Shown here: positions 34,252-47,400 of the stretch, piece after piece | Position numbering within the stretch: position 1 is the stretch's first letter | Layout of the letters: every line of letters begins with the position of its first letter | Source: a virus | DNA: 64,000 bases | Virus record (IMG/VR): IMGVR_UViG_3300035670_010029 | Direction: 5' to 3' (one strand) | Notes under the pieces: model-generated | Seen by the model: only the letters and a program-made list of their open reading frames with translations | The model's database searches: none | What the model was told of the DNA's origin: nothing | Program-made: the position numbers and the translations under genes

Positions 34252-35430
34252 TTATGGTCCACTATTATTACGAGTAGTATCTCCAGACAAAACTACTTTA
34301 ATGGGATTATTTGAAATTTTTACTAGCGTAGCAACAGAGTACTGTCCTACTAATTTATCGTGTCCGTATCTATTATAAATATTGCTTCCAAATCTCACCT
34401 GTCCCTCACCTCCTTGTACAATCAAACAATTAAATCCCAACAATAAATTTTCGCTTATAGTAACCAATACAGCAAAATCATTATTAGATAGCGTTATTAC
34501 TTTACCGTTATCGTTCTGAGTAATTTCATAAGTAATACCTGTTTGTTCATTAATATATGCGGAAAAACGATTAATTATACCGTCCCCAAAATCCTGATCT
34601 CCAGTAAAATTATTACCACCTTGTATTTTGGCAAAATCATCGATATTTTCGGTAGCAATAGATCCTAAGCCTAGAGTTTGTCTTTGTGCAACCGGGGACG
34701 GGTCATCTAGTAGTTGCTTAGATGTGTTGGAAAGATTGATTAGAGATAAGGTTCCGTTAGCACTACCATATAGTAGAGTACCAGAAGAAATATTAAGGTT
34801 TGAAATATTTTGCAGAATACTGCTGTATTCTTGTATGTTTTGTCCTATGTCAAGTCCGGTGACACTTATTCTGATTTTATTATGATCAAGGTCTAGATAC
34901 TCTATATCTATGTGCTGACCCGACTCCAATAGGTCTCCCACCCTATCATCTATAGTCTCGTTCAACAACACAATATCCGATGCTGTATGATTGTGTGTTA
35001 CTGGTGCATATAAACCTTCTGTGATAGGAGACGAAACCAACAATGTTTTATTTTCTGGATGTAAAGCTACTATTGTAGCTCCAGACCCAACGACTGTTAA
35101 TGTGCTATGGCTTTCGTCGATTGTGACACTGTTGCCATAAGAATCCGAAAATTGCATATCTAAAAGGCCAGAACCGGGAGGACCTTGTGGTCCTGGAGGT
35201 CCTGGTAAGCCTGATCCTGGTGGCCCTGGAGGCCCAGGAGGTCCCGGTAAACCAGAGCCAGGTGGTCCTTGTATTCCTCTTTCTGTGGCTATAATAGAAA
35301 CAATTTTGTTGCCATCGTCTGTAATTTGTAGATTAGTAGTAATTACATTTGTAGAATCAGTACCATCAATATTTTGATTAATTACAACTCTCTTTGGAGG
35401 AGCGCTTTCTAGAATATTAAGTGTGGCCAT
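34252..35430 (-). CDS. Collagen-like fibre protein with an HxH motif and a C-terminal adaptor-like beta domain
   Basis: GPP/GPQ triplets, HNHTASDI, AQRQTLGLG, and a C-terminal NEQTGITYEI..DNGKVI..GQYSVATLVK..LSGD segment. Confidence 0.75.
   Translation of the reverse strand: MATLNILESAPPKRVVINQNIDGTDSTNVITTNLQITDDGNKIVSIIATERGIQGPPGSGLPGPPGPPGPPGSGLPGPPGPQGPPGSGLLDMQFSDSYGNSVTIDESHSTLTVVGSGATIVALHPENKTLLVSSPITEGLYAPVTHNHTASDIVLLNETIDDRVGDLLESGQHIDIEYLDLDHNKIRISVTGLDIGQNIQEYSSILQNISNLNISSGTLLYGSANGTLSLINLSNTSKQLLDDPSPVAQRQTLGLGSIATENIDDFAKIQGGNNFTGDQDFGDGIINRFSAYINEQTGITYEITQNDNGKVITLSNNDFAVLVTISENLLLGFNCLIVQGGEGQVRFGSNIYNRYGHDKLVGQYSVATLVKISNNPIKVVLSGDTTRNNSGP
35170..35277 (-). repeat. Collagen-like Gly-X-Y repeat (GPPGSGLPGPPGPP.. 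duplicated)
   Basis: Direct translation. Confidence 0.9.
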
Positions 35431-35440
35431 ATTTTTTCTC

Positions 35441-38400
35441 TTATATCATAGCAACTTGAATAATATCAAAACCTGTGTCATCTGACACTTTAACATATAT
35501 GTGTTCATAAGCACCCCAATTTATAGCGTTATTTCCTCGTAATTGCACAACCAATTGATCGTTAACAGCATCATAACTATCTTTAAGCGTTTCGGTAACC
35601 GATGATCTGGTGAAGCCGCAATAATTAAAGTTTTCGCCGTCTACAGAGATTGATACATCCGGAGTATAGTTCTGAACCGGTCTTGATCCTCCTTCTATGC
35701 GGAATGTTAAAATCCAGCTAGAACCCATTCCTGTTTTGTTGATACTGCTTGGTAATACTGAAATAGGTTTATTTACATAAAGAGGATAATTAACAAAATA
35801 GCGCTTAGGAACTATATCACCGCCGTTAAAAATAGGCATGTTCATATTTTCCATAGTGCATATCTTATATATGTAATCTTTGTACAGTACGTTTGATCGT
35901 CCTGTTATCTGGAACACATACCTACCCTCAGTATTTGATGTTATATTATCGGGCATAATTTTAATATTGTCATCGAAATTTTGCATTAGAGTAACAGGAC
36001 TATTCCAATTCAAACTATTAATCCACCCACTATCCGAAACATTATTATTTGTGACATATAGTGTAGAATTATCTCCTGAAGTAACCGTCAGTGATCCTGC
36101 TTTATCAAGTAAATACAAACTAGTAGAAATATGATTATTTTGGTCTATAGATACTACATCACCAGTAGACAAAGGTAGTCCATTATGTTTAATAACCAAA
36201 GAATTATTTTCTGGTATATATCCTGTAACACGTGGGCTTAAATCAATTAAATATTTGCCGTTGAAGTTTTGTATGCCTGCACTTAAAGGTACATCTAAAA
36301 TAGTGGCACTAGTAATGTTAGAGGTGTTGACTTCTAAGTCTATGTAATATGGAGGAGTAATTAAAGTATCACCAAAAGAAGAACGATACAACTGCAATTT
36401 AATATTATATCCTGTTTCTATGCTATTACTAGGTATAGTTAAACGAGCTATATTATTTTGATAAGTAAAATCTCCGCTCATAATGGGTTTATCGAAAGTT
36501 TTTTGTATAATACCAGAAATCAAAGGCTTATAATTTCTCGATAACCAAGGAGAACCTATTTCTGTAACATATCCTCCTACGGCTAAACCAAACACCGGAG
36601 TCATCACTGTGCCATTTGGGTCTTCGTCACTAGTATCATTAATAACCGATATGTATCCAGGGTCTAATAGAGGATAAACAGGAGGAAATGATGTTTGTCT
36701 CGGAGTGGTAACCAGGTTGTCCCCCTTGTGTACCCATACATAAGTATTTCTAGCAGAGGGTAGTGCATTGTAGCTATAGGTGGGGAATCTGTCTCCTTGA
36801 TGACTAATAAACACCCCATATACTGTACCAGAAGCAGAGTTTAAAACAGGGGTATCGAAACTAGAAAAAGAAGAAACAGAACCGTTAACGAGGGTGGTAT
36901 TCGAAATAAGATCTTTAATAGAATATTGAAGCGAACGCCCTCTTCTCTGGTTCTCTATCAGAAGTTTCTGTGCTTCATTGTCACCAAATACTAACTTCGT
37001 GGCTAAAGCATAAACTTGTCCATTGAAAGAGAATGGGGCAAAATCTTGAGCTGGTGGAGGGTCAGGTATTTCCACGTTGATTGGCGGAATTATAATACCA
37101 CTAATTCTAACATAACCAGTTTCCCAGCAATTAAACCATTTCATAGTAGAATAATTATCAATATCTCCATTGAGATCAACCAAATTCAGTCCTGTTAAAA
37201 ACACATCATTACTGGCAAAAATATTCATACCAGTTAAAGAACCGCTTATGGATGGAATCAATAATCCGCCCAAACCTAATGGACTATCGCCTCCAGTCTT
37301 TGTGGGATCCCTAACAAGAGAACCACCACCCAACAAACATTTACTAGCACTGGTATCCAGCGTAGAATCACCAAAGAAATTATCAAAATTCCTAATGTTA
37401 ACAGATTTAGAAATACCTCTTACTAACCGACCACTACCAGAACTTGGAATAATATTAACTCCTGGATTAATAAAAAATTGATTATTTTCTGTAAAGACAT
37501 TATATGTTGAATTTAAGGGATGGCCTGGATTATCATTAAATTCAATATATATTTGAGTATTATTAGCTATAGTTGACTGTCCGAGCGGAATTAATCTAAT
37601 ATTAGTATTGGTTGTTGTAGTACCGCTATAAGAAACATATTCTATTGCACATTTATTATGAGGTAATACACTATTACATACTAGGTCATATGCTGCCGGT
37701 GCTGGTCTGTATGCTGTCACAGTATCTGCGTCCACTGGAGCAAGTCCTGTTTTTGGACTTAGTACTGGTTTATACGAATCAAAATATATAGGGAAACTAA
37801 TATTAGGATCATTGGGGCTAGAAGAATCTGAGAATTTTATTACCCTATTAGCCTTAAGATTCCTAGCATCTGTTACAGTTAATCCAAATTCTTCTGGGTA
37901 TTGTCCACCATTTGCGAATGTCGTAGGAAAGCCCTCTATAATCAGATAGCCACTACCAAGATTTGAGTACGGAGGTTCTGGATTAGGATTGTCCCCTAAG
38001 CCAGGAAAAAATACAGAATATGACAAACCAGGAGGAAGAGTGCCGCTTACATCTATCGTTCTAATTCCTGTAGCAATACCGCACAAGGGAGCTTGTCCAG
38101 GTCCGAATAATAGCTTTTGTTGATATTTTTCGCCACAAAAAGGTTTAATAACGGTTTGTGCTGGATAATTAGGATCATCAATAATTTGAGGTGGATTACT
38201 ACCAACAATTAATTCGTTATAAACAAAGAAGTACTCTACTGTATCGCTGTCTGGCAAATATGGGTTTTGTAAAGTAGGATTGGTGTCTATCGCTGTAATA
38301 GTAAAATCCTTTCTTCCCAACAAAGTACAAGAAGGTACACCAGAAAAAACGTATGACCAAGATCCACCCATGTCATCAGCATTCCATTTTGGCGCTTGAG

Positions 38401-41400
38401 GTATACACTGCTCCTGCGTAGATAACAAAGGGTTATATCCATTGCAGAATGTAGGCATGTTTTGTAATATAATTGTAGGAGGATATCGATGATCAGCCAA
38501 TCCTCCGATAGTCTTAAATCTTAAATTCCAGGCACTTTCTCCTTGAGAGAATGGCGTTCCTTCAACAGGATTATAGCCGACTATACCAGTAATAGTTAGT
38601 GGTAATCCTGCCAGTTCGCTGCTTTCAATTTCCACCATATTCAACTTAGCAACAGCCACTATCTTGTCTCTACCTAGACCTTTGCATTGGACAGCTAAGT
38701 TATTGTTGTTCACCACTATTTGTGCATCATATTTTTCTGTGAATTTAGTGCCGGTAAAGCTATATTGCCAAATTTTAAAGTCGGTGTCATAATTGGCTTT
38801 ACTTCTGTTAATCTGTATAGATGGTTCTTTAAGAGAGCCTATGATATTCGTGATTGTGGTACCATTGGTATCGAGGTCCGTAAGATCTGCATTAGCAAAA
38901 AATTCATTATCAGGAGTAGCATAGACTGTATTTTGTATATTTTTCAGTGTTTGTTTTTGAACATATGTAACAGATGTAGTGTCGTAAGCTGCATCAAATA
39001 AACCGTCATGAACACTAATATATAAAGGATAAACTCCTGTGTCATATACATATTTACCGAAGAAGTCTCGTTTTGCCGCTATAGTAGCTGACCATCTTTT
39101 TCTTTCGCTATTGTATTCCCAGTCTAAATTATATTCCACCGGAAAGTTTTCATAAGAGCCGAGATTGGGGGTATTATGTATTCTGACTCTAGGACGTAAG
39201 GTAGGATTGTGCGCAGTAATGCCATCTGTAACATCCAACTGCAAAAACCACGGTTGATCCAACGCAAAAACCAAGCTATTATCAAATAAAGTTTTGGATA
39301 GTCTAACAGGCAGATAAAATACAGTATCAAACGAAACACTTCTGCTTACTGGTACGTATGTAGCGTTTCCAAAATCGTCATAGACAGGCTGTTGCATAGA
39401 TACGATCATTGTTTGATTAGTATATCTATCGGTAAAGTTTACATAGTTAAAGTCTCCAGAACCGATAGGCCTAGCAATAATATGAAAACGCTCCAGATCA
39501 TAATCATATGCATTAGAAATAACTTGCAATCTATAATTAGGATTTGTGATAAAAGACACTTGACAATTCACGAAATCGGGCGTTGGACCCAGATTGGCCG
39601 GGATATCAAATGTTAACAATCCCGTAGACTTAGATACATCAAAATAGTATGCTGTGTCCAAGTTATTAAAAACTAAATTAAACGGCGGTCTCTGGGAATA
39701 GTTATTGACTATAGATATCATTCCTGTTCCAGAGGATAGGATGCTGAATGGTTCTGTTCTAAAATCTCTCAGTTTAAGAACTACAGGAAAATGACCACTT
39801 GTTGGACTAGAAGACCCACTTAATACCACAGAATGATCGTTTACATATTTAATTCCAAATGATCCTGATGGTGTGTTTTCTAATTCAAAACCCAAATCTC
39901 CATTGATCCACAAATCATATACGTCAATTTGATCAATATCGAAACCTAGGGACCATACGCTGTTAGGTGTGCTATAAGATACAGCAAAAGGAGTGATAGA
40001 AGGTATAATCTTTTTATTAAGGGTTATATTTAGATCACCAAAACCAGTTAAATCCTTGGCTCTTATTGTGACCGGCAATGATTCATATTCGTATCTGGGC
40101 AAAGTTATTTCTGCTCCAAGTACCCAGCCTGAACCGTGATAGTTGTATTGCGAAGGTTTGTTGGTGTCTATAGTATAATCAAATAAGCCAGACATGTCTA
40201 CTTTTGGCATGGACGGAGTATATTGTCCTAATAGTTTTTGTTCTCCGTCAAGCGTAGTTATTCTTAATGTCAAAAAGGTTTCATTGCTAGGTACGGCAAT
40301 AGTATTGTTTGCTACAGGAGTGAAAGTTTCGGTTAATGTGCCAAATTTGTATTCTAAACCAGAAATTCTAATAGTTGCAGGATTAAGAGATAATAGGGTG
40401 GTGTTTGTGCCATTTAAAGATACGTTGTGTCCTGTATATGAAATATTGTCTTTTAGGTGAACAGCGTGTTTCCATCTCTTAGTGTCATGATCAAAATAAT
40501 TAAAAATATTACCATCAACAAGAGAAGTATTACTAATAGACCCTTGTGATATAATAAATTGATTATTTTTGTTAGGATTAAGATGACTCTTTATGTCTTC
40601 TTCGCTATCTATAATATAGACTATACCAGCCTTACCCATAAAACTATCTCTATATGGTATACTGATACTGATAGTTTTTGGGTCTATAAAATCATTGATG
40701 TAATAAGAGCCATTAATTTCTGCAAAACCATCTGAGAAATCAAAATACATTTTTTTATCAACACCATATGGTCTAACATAGCCTGTACCATTCGGTGTTT
40801 GAACAGTATTGGCGAATTGCCCAAAATTACTACGATTATTAATGTCCTTAATGCCGGTAAAAGAAATATTGTTAAAACCAGATATTGTAACGCATAAAGT
40901 ACCAGAAGAACAACTAGAAGGATTATGTGAGACAAAATAAATACCTGTTTGTATTTGTGGTACTATTTTACCAATACTGTCCATTGGCCAGGTAGCGGTT
41001 GATCCACCATATGTATGGTAATAGAGATTATTGTAATCGAGTACATCTACGCTACCAGAAGTAGATTTAATGTAATCCAAAGAACCGACATATGGTAAAT
41101 ATTTATTGTGTACATTACCCAATACTTTATTGAATCTGTTTGTGTCCTCATAAATCTCATTAAATCGATAAGTGCCTGCTCTTGGAGAAATAGTTCTTTG
41201 TCCATCTATAATTATACCTGTCAAAAATGTTAAGTTATTAGAGGAATCTATTTTGGTAATGTGCTTGCCCGTTTTAGTATTTACAGATATGTTTTGGTTA
41301 TTAAATTTTAAAATTTCAAATTCATCATATTGTTGAGCATATGTTTTAGGAACGTTTAATTTGTCTATAACAATAGTATTACCATTAAAAAATAATTGAG

Positions 41401-44400
41401 TATTTTTGGACACTAGAGCATTGCAGTATTTTAAATTGGTTCTAACAAAAGGCAATATATAATATGGACTATTTTTAAATAGTGTATATTCGGGGTCTAT
41501 AACAGGAATATATTGTGGTTGTATAGTGTTGCAATCTACTGGTCCTTCTATAGATTCTAGGTTGGCCCTATATACATAAGATGGTTCTTCCGGATTTAAA
41601 TAGGGTATAAAGAGATCTCCTGTATTTAATATGTCGCTTGAATCTAGTATCCATGGCTTAGGACTAACGTTATTTAGTATAGTTGTGTGTAATTCAAATT
41701 TATTATTTTGTACAGCATTTGGTTGTATGACTACTCTAAATTGGTCAAATTTTTGTATGCCGGTTACAAAATTAATATTGCCTGACATCATACCCGCACT
41801 AAAAATAGGAGATACTCCTGAGGTTATACCTTTTGCTGATAGCTTTACCAGCTGTGTTTGCGTTTCTAGGTCATATCTATATATAGATACTTGAGATACT
41901 CCACTTAATACTGCTTCTCCATAAAAGCTTACTTGGTTATTATTGTCTCCTAAATATAAAAAGTCATAAGCTATAGAATTAGGTCTAGGTTTAATTACTT
42001 CAAAATAAGGATTGTGAGGAGCACCTATTCCACTAAAAAAAGTTTTTTCTGGAGTAATGCCTGTTGATCCAACAAAATAATATTCTGTATATCCTATATC
42101 ATTAATTTCTGCTTTTCTTAGTAGCCTACCTCCTTGGAGCAATCCGTTAGTACCACTATTGAACACAGAAGCGAAACCAATATGTTCAGAAGAAAGTGAG
42201 TTATCTATGTTGGTAGAGATAACATTATTCAGTCGTGGTACGAAGCCGCTAAAATTAAAACCAGGAACTATATCTAAAATAGCATGTCCTTCATGTAAAC
42301 CATTTTCATAATTAATTAGATAGCCTGGTTGTAGTCTATGCTCTATTTTAAGATCAAGATCACAAGTACCTCTAAGATCTCTATTAATATTTGATAAAGA
42401 AGCTTTAAAGGTTAATTTTTGAGTATATTCTGGTTGCAGATAAGACTGGGAAGACTCAAGTAGAATATTGTCTTTTAGAGGCTCCAAGTCGTCGAATAGT
42501 CCTGATCTAACGTTAATAGTGTTTGTATCTATTAATTTATATACCGGCGATGTGTCATACCCAACACCATTAGGGAATTTTACAATCAGATCATCAAATG
42601 GTCTGACAGAACCGGATGGCAAATTGATATTCAACTCAGAATTATTACTATTATAGTAGTACTCAAAAGTCGATTTTTTCAAAATTCTTTCTAAGGTATG
42701 TAAATCATATCTAATGTCATAAAAATTAGCATTATTATAAAATGCCGTTCCACTAAAAGCTAGACCATTAGTAATATAACGAGCATTAATAGGCTGATCA
42801 AAATAATCTGGACGACCTTGTTCTTTAAGTAAATAATTTCTAAAATCATCTACTATAACTTTATTACCACTAATACTACGAATATTAAAAATATTATCTT
42901 TTGGTCTCAGTGTGGCGTCTGTGCTAATACCATTCAAAGACTTTTTAACGTTTAGAAATCTAGCAGGTACATGGTTAAGTTGAGTTGTGTTGGTAAGAGT
43001 ATACCCATGATTTTTATCTATATTAGCGGCAAATTTACCAGAACTTACTCTGCCGGACTCGGGCAATAAAAACCTATTATAGATTTGAACAGAATTGTTT
43101 GTGACATTCGTAAGATAGGCTTTTGTATAGTTACCTTGAGCTGGCACTGGTGTGTTCTGCGAAGAAGTTTTTACAAAAGTATGCAAAAAGACATTGTTCT
43201 CGTGGCGAGTATCTAGATTGGTGTCTTTGTCAAATGTAAGGTTAATAACCCCAGTACCAGCATCTGTATAAAAATCAACTAGTCCGGTTACATAGTTTGT
43301 GTGAAAATTAGATAATTCGAATCCTTTGATACCAGTAGTTGGTACATCAAAAACACAATCGCCTTCTGGAGACAGATAAACATAGTTCTGTAATCCGCTG
43401 ACACTATAATTAGATGTCTCTGGTAAAGCACCCGAATAGACAACCATACCAGCGGCAGATTGTCCGACGTATGCTTGATTAGTTCTCACAAAATACTTGT
43501 TGGTTGAAAAATTAAAGGGAATCAAGGAGCCAACAGTATGCCACATATTTTTATTGTAATCTTCAAAGCTATCTCTGTCAGTGATTGGAGGATATTCAAC
43601 GCTAATAGACCTTAAATCGGATTTGGGAAACAATACAAAAGCATTACCACTTTTTGCTGTAATAGCATAATCATGGACCATAGGTTGATTGTCTTCTGTA
43701 GTCAGAAAATCCCAGTCCTTTTGTAGTCCGAGCCTACCGTTATTCTTGTATACTCTTTCTTGGTCCAAAATTTCATAGTTATTGGACATAATGACTCTTG
43801 AACCATGATCGAAAAAAGAATCTGAAATCAAGACACTATCATCATTAGCAGATAAGACATGTTCGTCCTCAGTTAATAAGTCTCCCCAAGAATCAACACC
43901 CACAGCATATAAAGCCAAGACAGGATTATTTACAGGTTCAGTAAAAGAAATACTGGTACGACCAACACTCATTTGTGTGGCTTTGAGATTATTGGTTGCG
44001 GGAGGATTCAATTTTTGTAAAGATCTCTTCAGTGTCGATTGATCGCAAACTAAAGATTCTTCTAATTCAGTAAATAGATTTTCTGTGTTTTCTGCGTCTA
44101 TAGGATCGTAAATATTTCTATGTAAAACAGCGCCGCTTGGATAATACAATATCATAGAGCCATTAAGAAGATCTGCTTCTGAGCACTCTTGGTATCCAGA
44201 CGACCAAACAGTATTAACCCCAAGCTTGTCCTGTAAAAGAAGTCTAGATGAATTTTCTGATAATATATTGTCTTTGTTTTCTGTGTCTAGTCCGTTTAGT
44301 GTTTGTCTAGGGTCTTGATGTAGTAAAACATCGTCTTGCTCTGTCCATAATAAATATTCGTTCTCTTGTAAGATAACAGAGTTAATTCTAAAAGAATAGT

Positions 44401-47400
44401 AATCCCAGGTTTTCACAGTAGTATTTGGGTCAAAATACTGAGCTTCAGCAAAAACTTTGATACCACTATATATTGTTTGATCATAAGACTTATTATTATC
44501 TGTAAAAATAACTGTGTCTGAATCTATCAGTGGTGTTCCAGAAAATACCGAGGGTTTATATACATGCGTAACAATAGTATTATCAGGTAAAGAGCCTTGA
44601 TGATTCCATGAGCTGAACCAAGACGAAACCAAAGACCCAGTTGCTAAAAGAAGAGGAGTACCAGTCAGATTAGTTGTCGGGTATTGACTATTAGTAACAG
44701 GTATAGCCTCTATAAGAGGAGATTTGTTTCTAAAAATACCGCTAAAATTGTTATAAGCAGATCGAAAAATGCAAAAAGGATCATAAGATCCTTGACAAGA
44801 TATTGACCCAACTAATGTATTAGATGGTAAATTTTCTTCAATTGTATAGTTAGACAGAAAGATATTTTGTATTGTGGGTTTTTGTGTGTTGCTAGGGTCA
44901 TTATAGAATGATAGTCTTTGTACTGTCGGGTCGGTTACATTTATTCTAAAGTCTATATGTTCATATGCTCCAGAGACATTTGTTGCTATTACTCTGATGG
45001 TCTGAGGACCTAAAGAACAACCACTAGGAATACCACTAAAGGTGCCTATAGTTGAGTCAAAAGCTAACCAATCGGGTAAAGAATGCCAGTTCTTGATAGT
45101 AGCAGAAAGAGTTATAGGACCGCCGTTTTCTTCTTCTACAAATAAATTTGAAGGCAAAGTATAGGTAAAAGGTTCAAGTACAGTTGCTGTTTGATGCGGC
45201 AGTGACGCTATATTTAGATAGGGCCTTATGCTGTCTTGTAGGTAAACAAAAATATTTTTTTCTAGGGTATGTTGTTGTGAATTATCTATAGCCTTAATTC
45301 TAACGGAATAGATATCTTGTTCTTCATAATTAAATCTTTGATTAGTTCTCAAAAAGTATTTGTCGTTATTTTCTTCTATATAAAATTTATTGTTGTCTGT
45401 GTCGCCATATCCAGCAACTAGACTATACCTCACAGGAGCAAAGGGTAGTGATATTGGCTCTAATTTGCTATTATATACCTGTAATCTAGAAGATGACCCT
45501 TCAGGAATTCTTCTATAAATACCCTGATATTTTGGAAATACTGTATTAAGAGTATTATATGTGCCAGTATAATCGCTTTTGTGATGCAATGTGACCGTAC
45601 CAGTATTGCTATACATAGGAGTAATAGCCACAGGAACACCGCTACGATAAACTGATTGTTTGGATACTATAACATCAAGACCTATAGAAGCACGATGAGA
45701 AAAATCAAGTGTTTCATATATACCACTATTTTGCGGATACAATAAAGGAAAACCTGTAGCTGGAGCCGGTGTTCCTGGTATGTTGTATGGGTTGTAGTTT
45801 TGAAAGTTTGTTCCTGTTGCTGGAATGCTATAAAAATTAGCAAAAAACTGACCAACAGAACCATCTGTATTATTAACAAAAAGACGTCGCGATATTTTTA
45901 ATAGATGATAAGAATACTCTATAGAATACAAATTAATGGTAGTATTAGTAATAGGCGTGTTGTTAGTATCGTATATTGGTGAATTAATAGATATATTATT
46001 ACTAGAAACAGAAACCACAATCCTGTCATGTACAATACCTGACAGCAAAATTTTGATATTCATGCCGGGTCTAAGAAATTTAACTAATCTTTGATCTAAG
46101 ACGTTGCTAATATCTGTGTTGTTTAATGTGGCTTGCGTCTCGAAATAAAAGTGTTTGTCTGCTTCTATTAAACTGTCTTGATTAATTATAATAGTTGCAA
46201 TATCAAATTCGTCTGAATATGGCTTATATGATAAATATCCCGTAAGAGCTGCTGACTCCACATAAAAAAACTTATTTGACGAACCAACCACTTGACGTTT
46301 TTGATTTGATAGTGGTATTCCGGAAGGATAACTAGCAACAAAGACCGGATCTATATATGTATTTGGAATTGTACTATGATTAGGAGATGTAATTCTAATC
46401 CCTGGAGTACTGAGATTCTGGTCAAAAGTACCAGAAAATATTGGTTTAGATATATCTAGCTCTAAAGCGCCACTATTGAGTTTTTTGTATACTCCTGTTG
46501 TGCTAATTTTTTCTGGGGTATATCGATAATAACGGTCTACATTTTGTGTAGACAATTCCTGTATTTTTAATGGTAAATCAGTAACCATCACATTTTGTTG
46601 TATACGAATGTCGTTGCCTAACTCGTATGTGTGAAAATGTGTTTTTATTTGAGAATTATTAAAACCAGCAATTTTTTTTGTTAGTTGTGGATGAGCTGTA
46701 ACATTAGCAATTTGTATAGGATCATCAGGATTTCTAAAAGAAGCATTTTTAACAATACCACTAGCAAAATGAAAATGAGCTACGCCAGTACCAAAAACCT
46801 TACTAATTAAAATTTCTATATCATAAGCAATAGTCTTGTTTCGAGGAATAGGAACTAATGGCTGCATAGTTCTCCAAGACCCATGAGCCTCTGTTCCAGC
46901 CAAATACATAGTTGTTGTACTCTGTTGCCCCTGCTCTATAGAAGCATTAGACGAATCGAGAACCCTAAAAGCTCCTATTGCTAACTGGTTGGGAAGCCAA
47001 GTGTATCCGTGAGAACCGGCTGCTATAGAATGAATAGCATCAGTACTAGTTTTGGATTTATAGTTTAGAGCTAAAGAATTATCTCCACTAGCCTGATTGG
47101 CTTCTCCTATTGCTGCAGAATTGACGGTTGACACTTTATTGTCGGTTCCAACTACAATAGAGTTTTCTGCTCCTATAAGATTATTCTCATCTCCTCCAAC
47201 AGAAACATTGTATCCAAAATCAAGTCTCATATTACCAAATGAATCTTGATACAGATTTGAGTCGGATATTTTACCTGCTACCTCTGATTGTGGATCAGAA
47301 AATTTTGGGATAAAATTATGGGTACCTTGAATGTGATCAAAACGCACATTATTATAATCAAATGAACCGGTAACATTAGCTGCATTGCGATAAAAATTTC

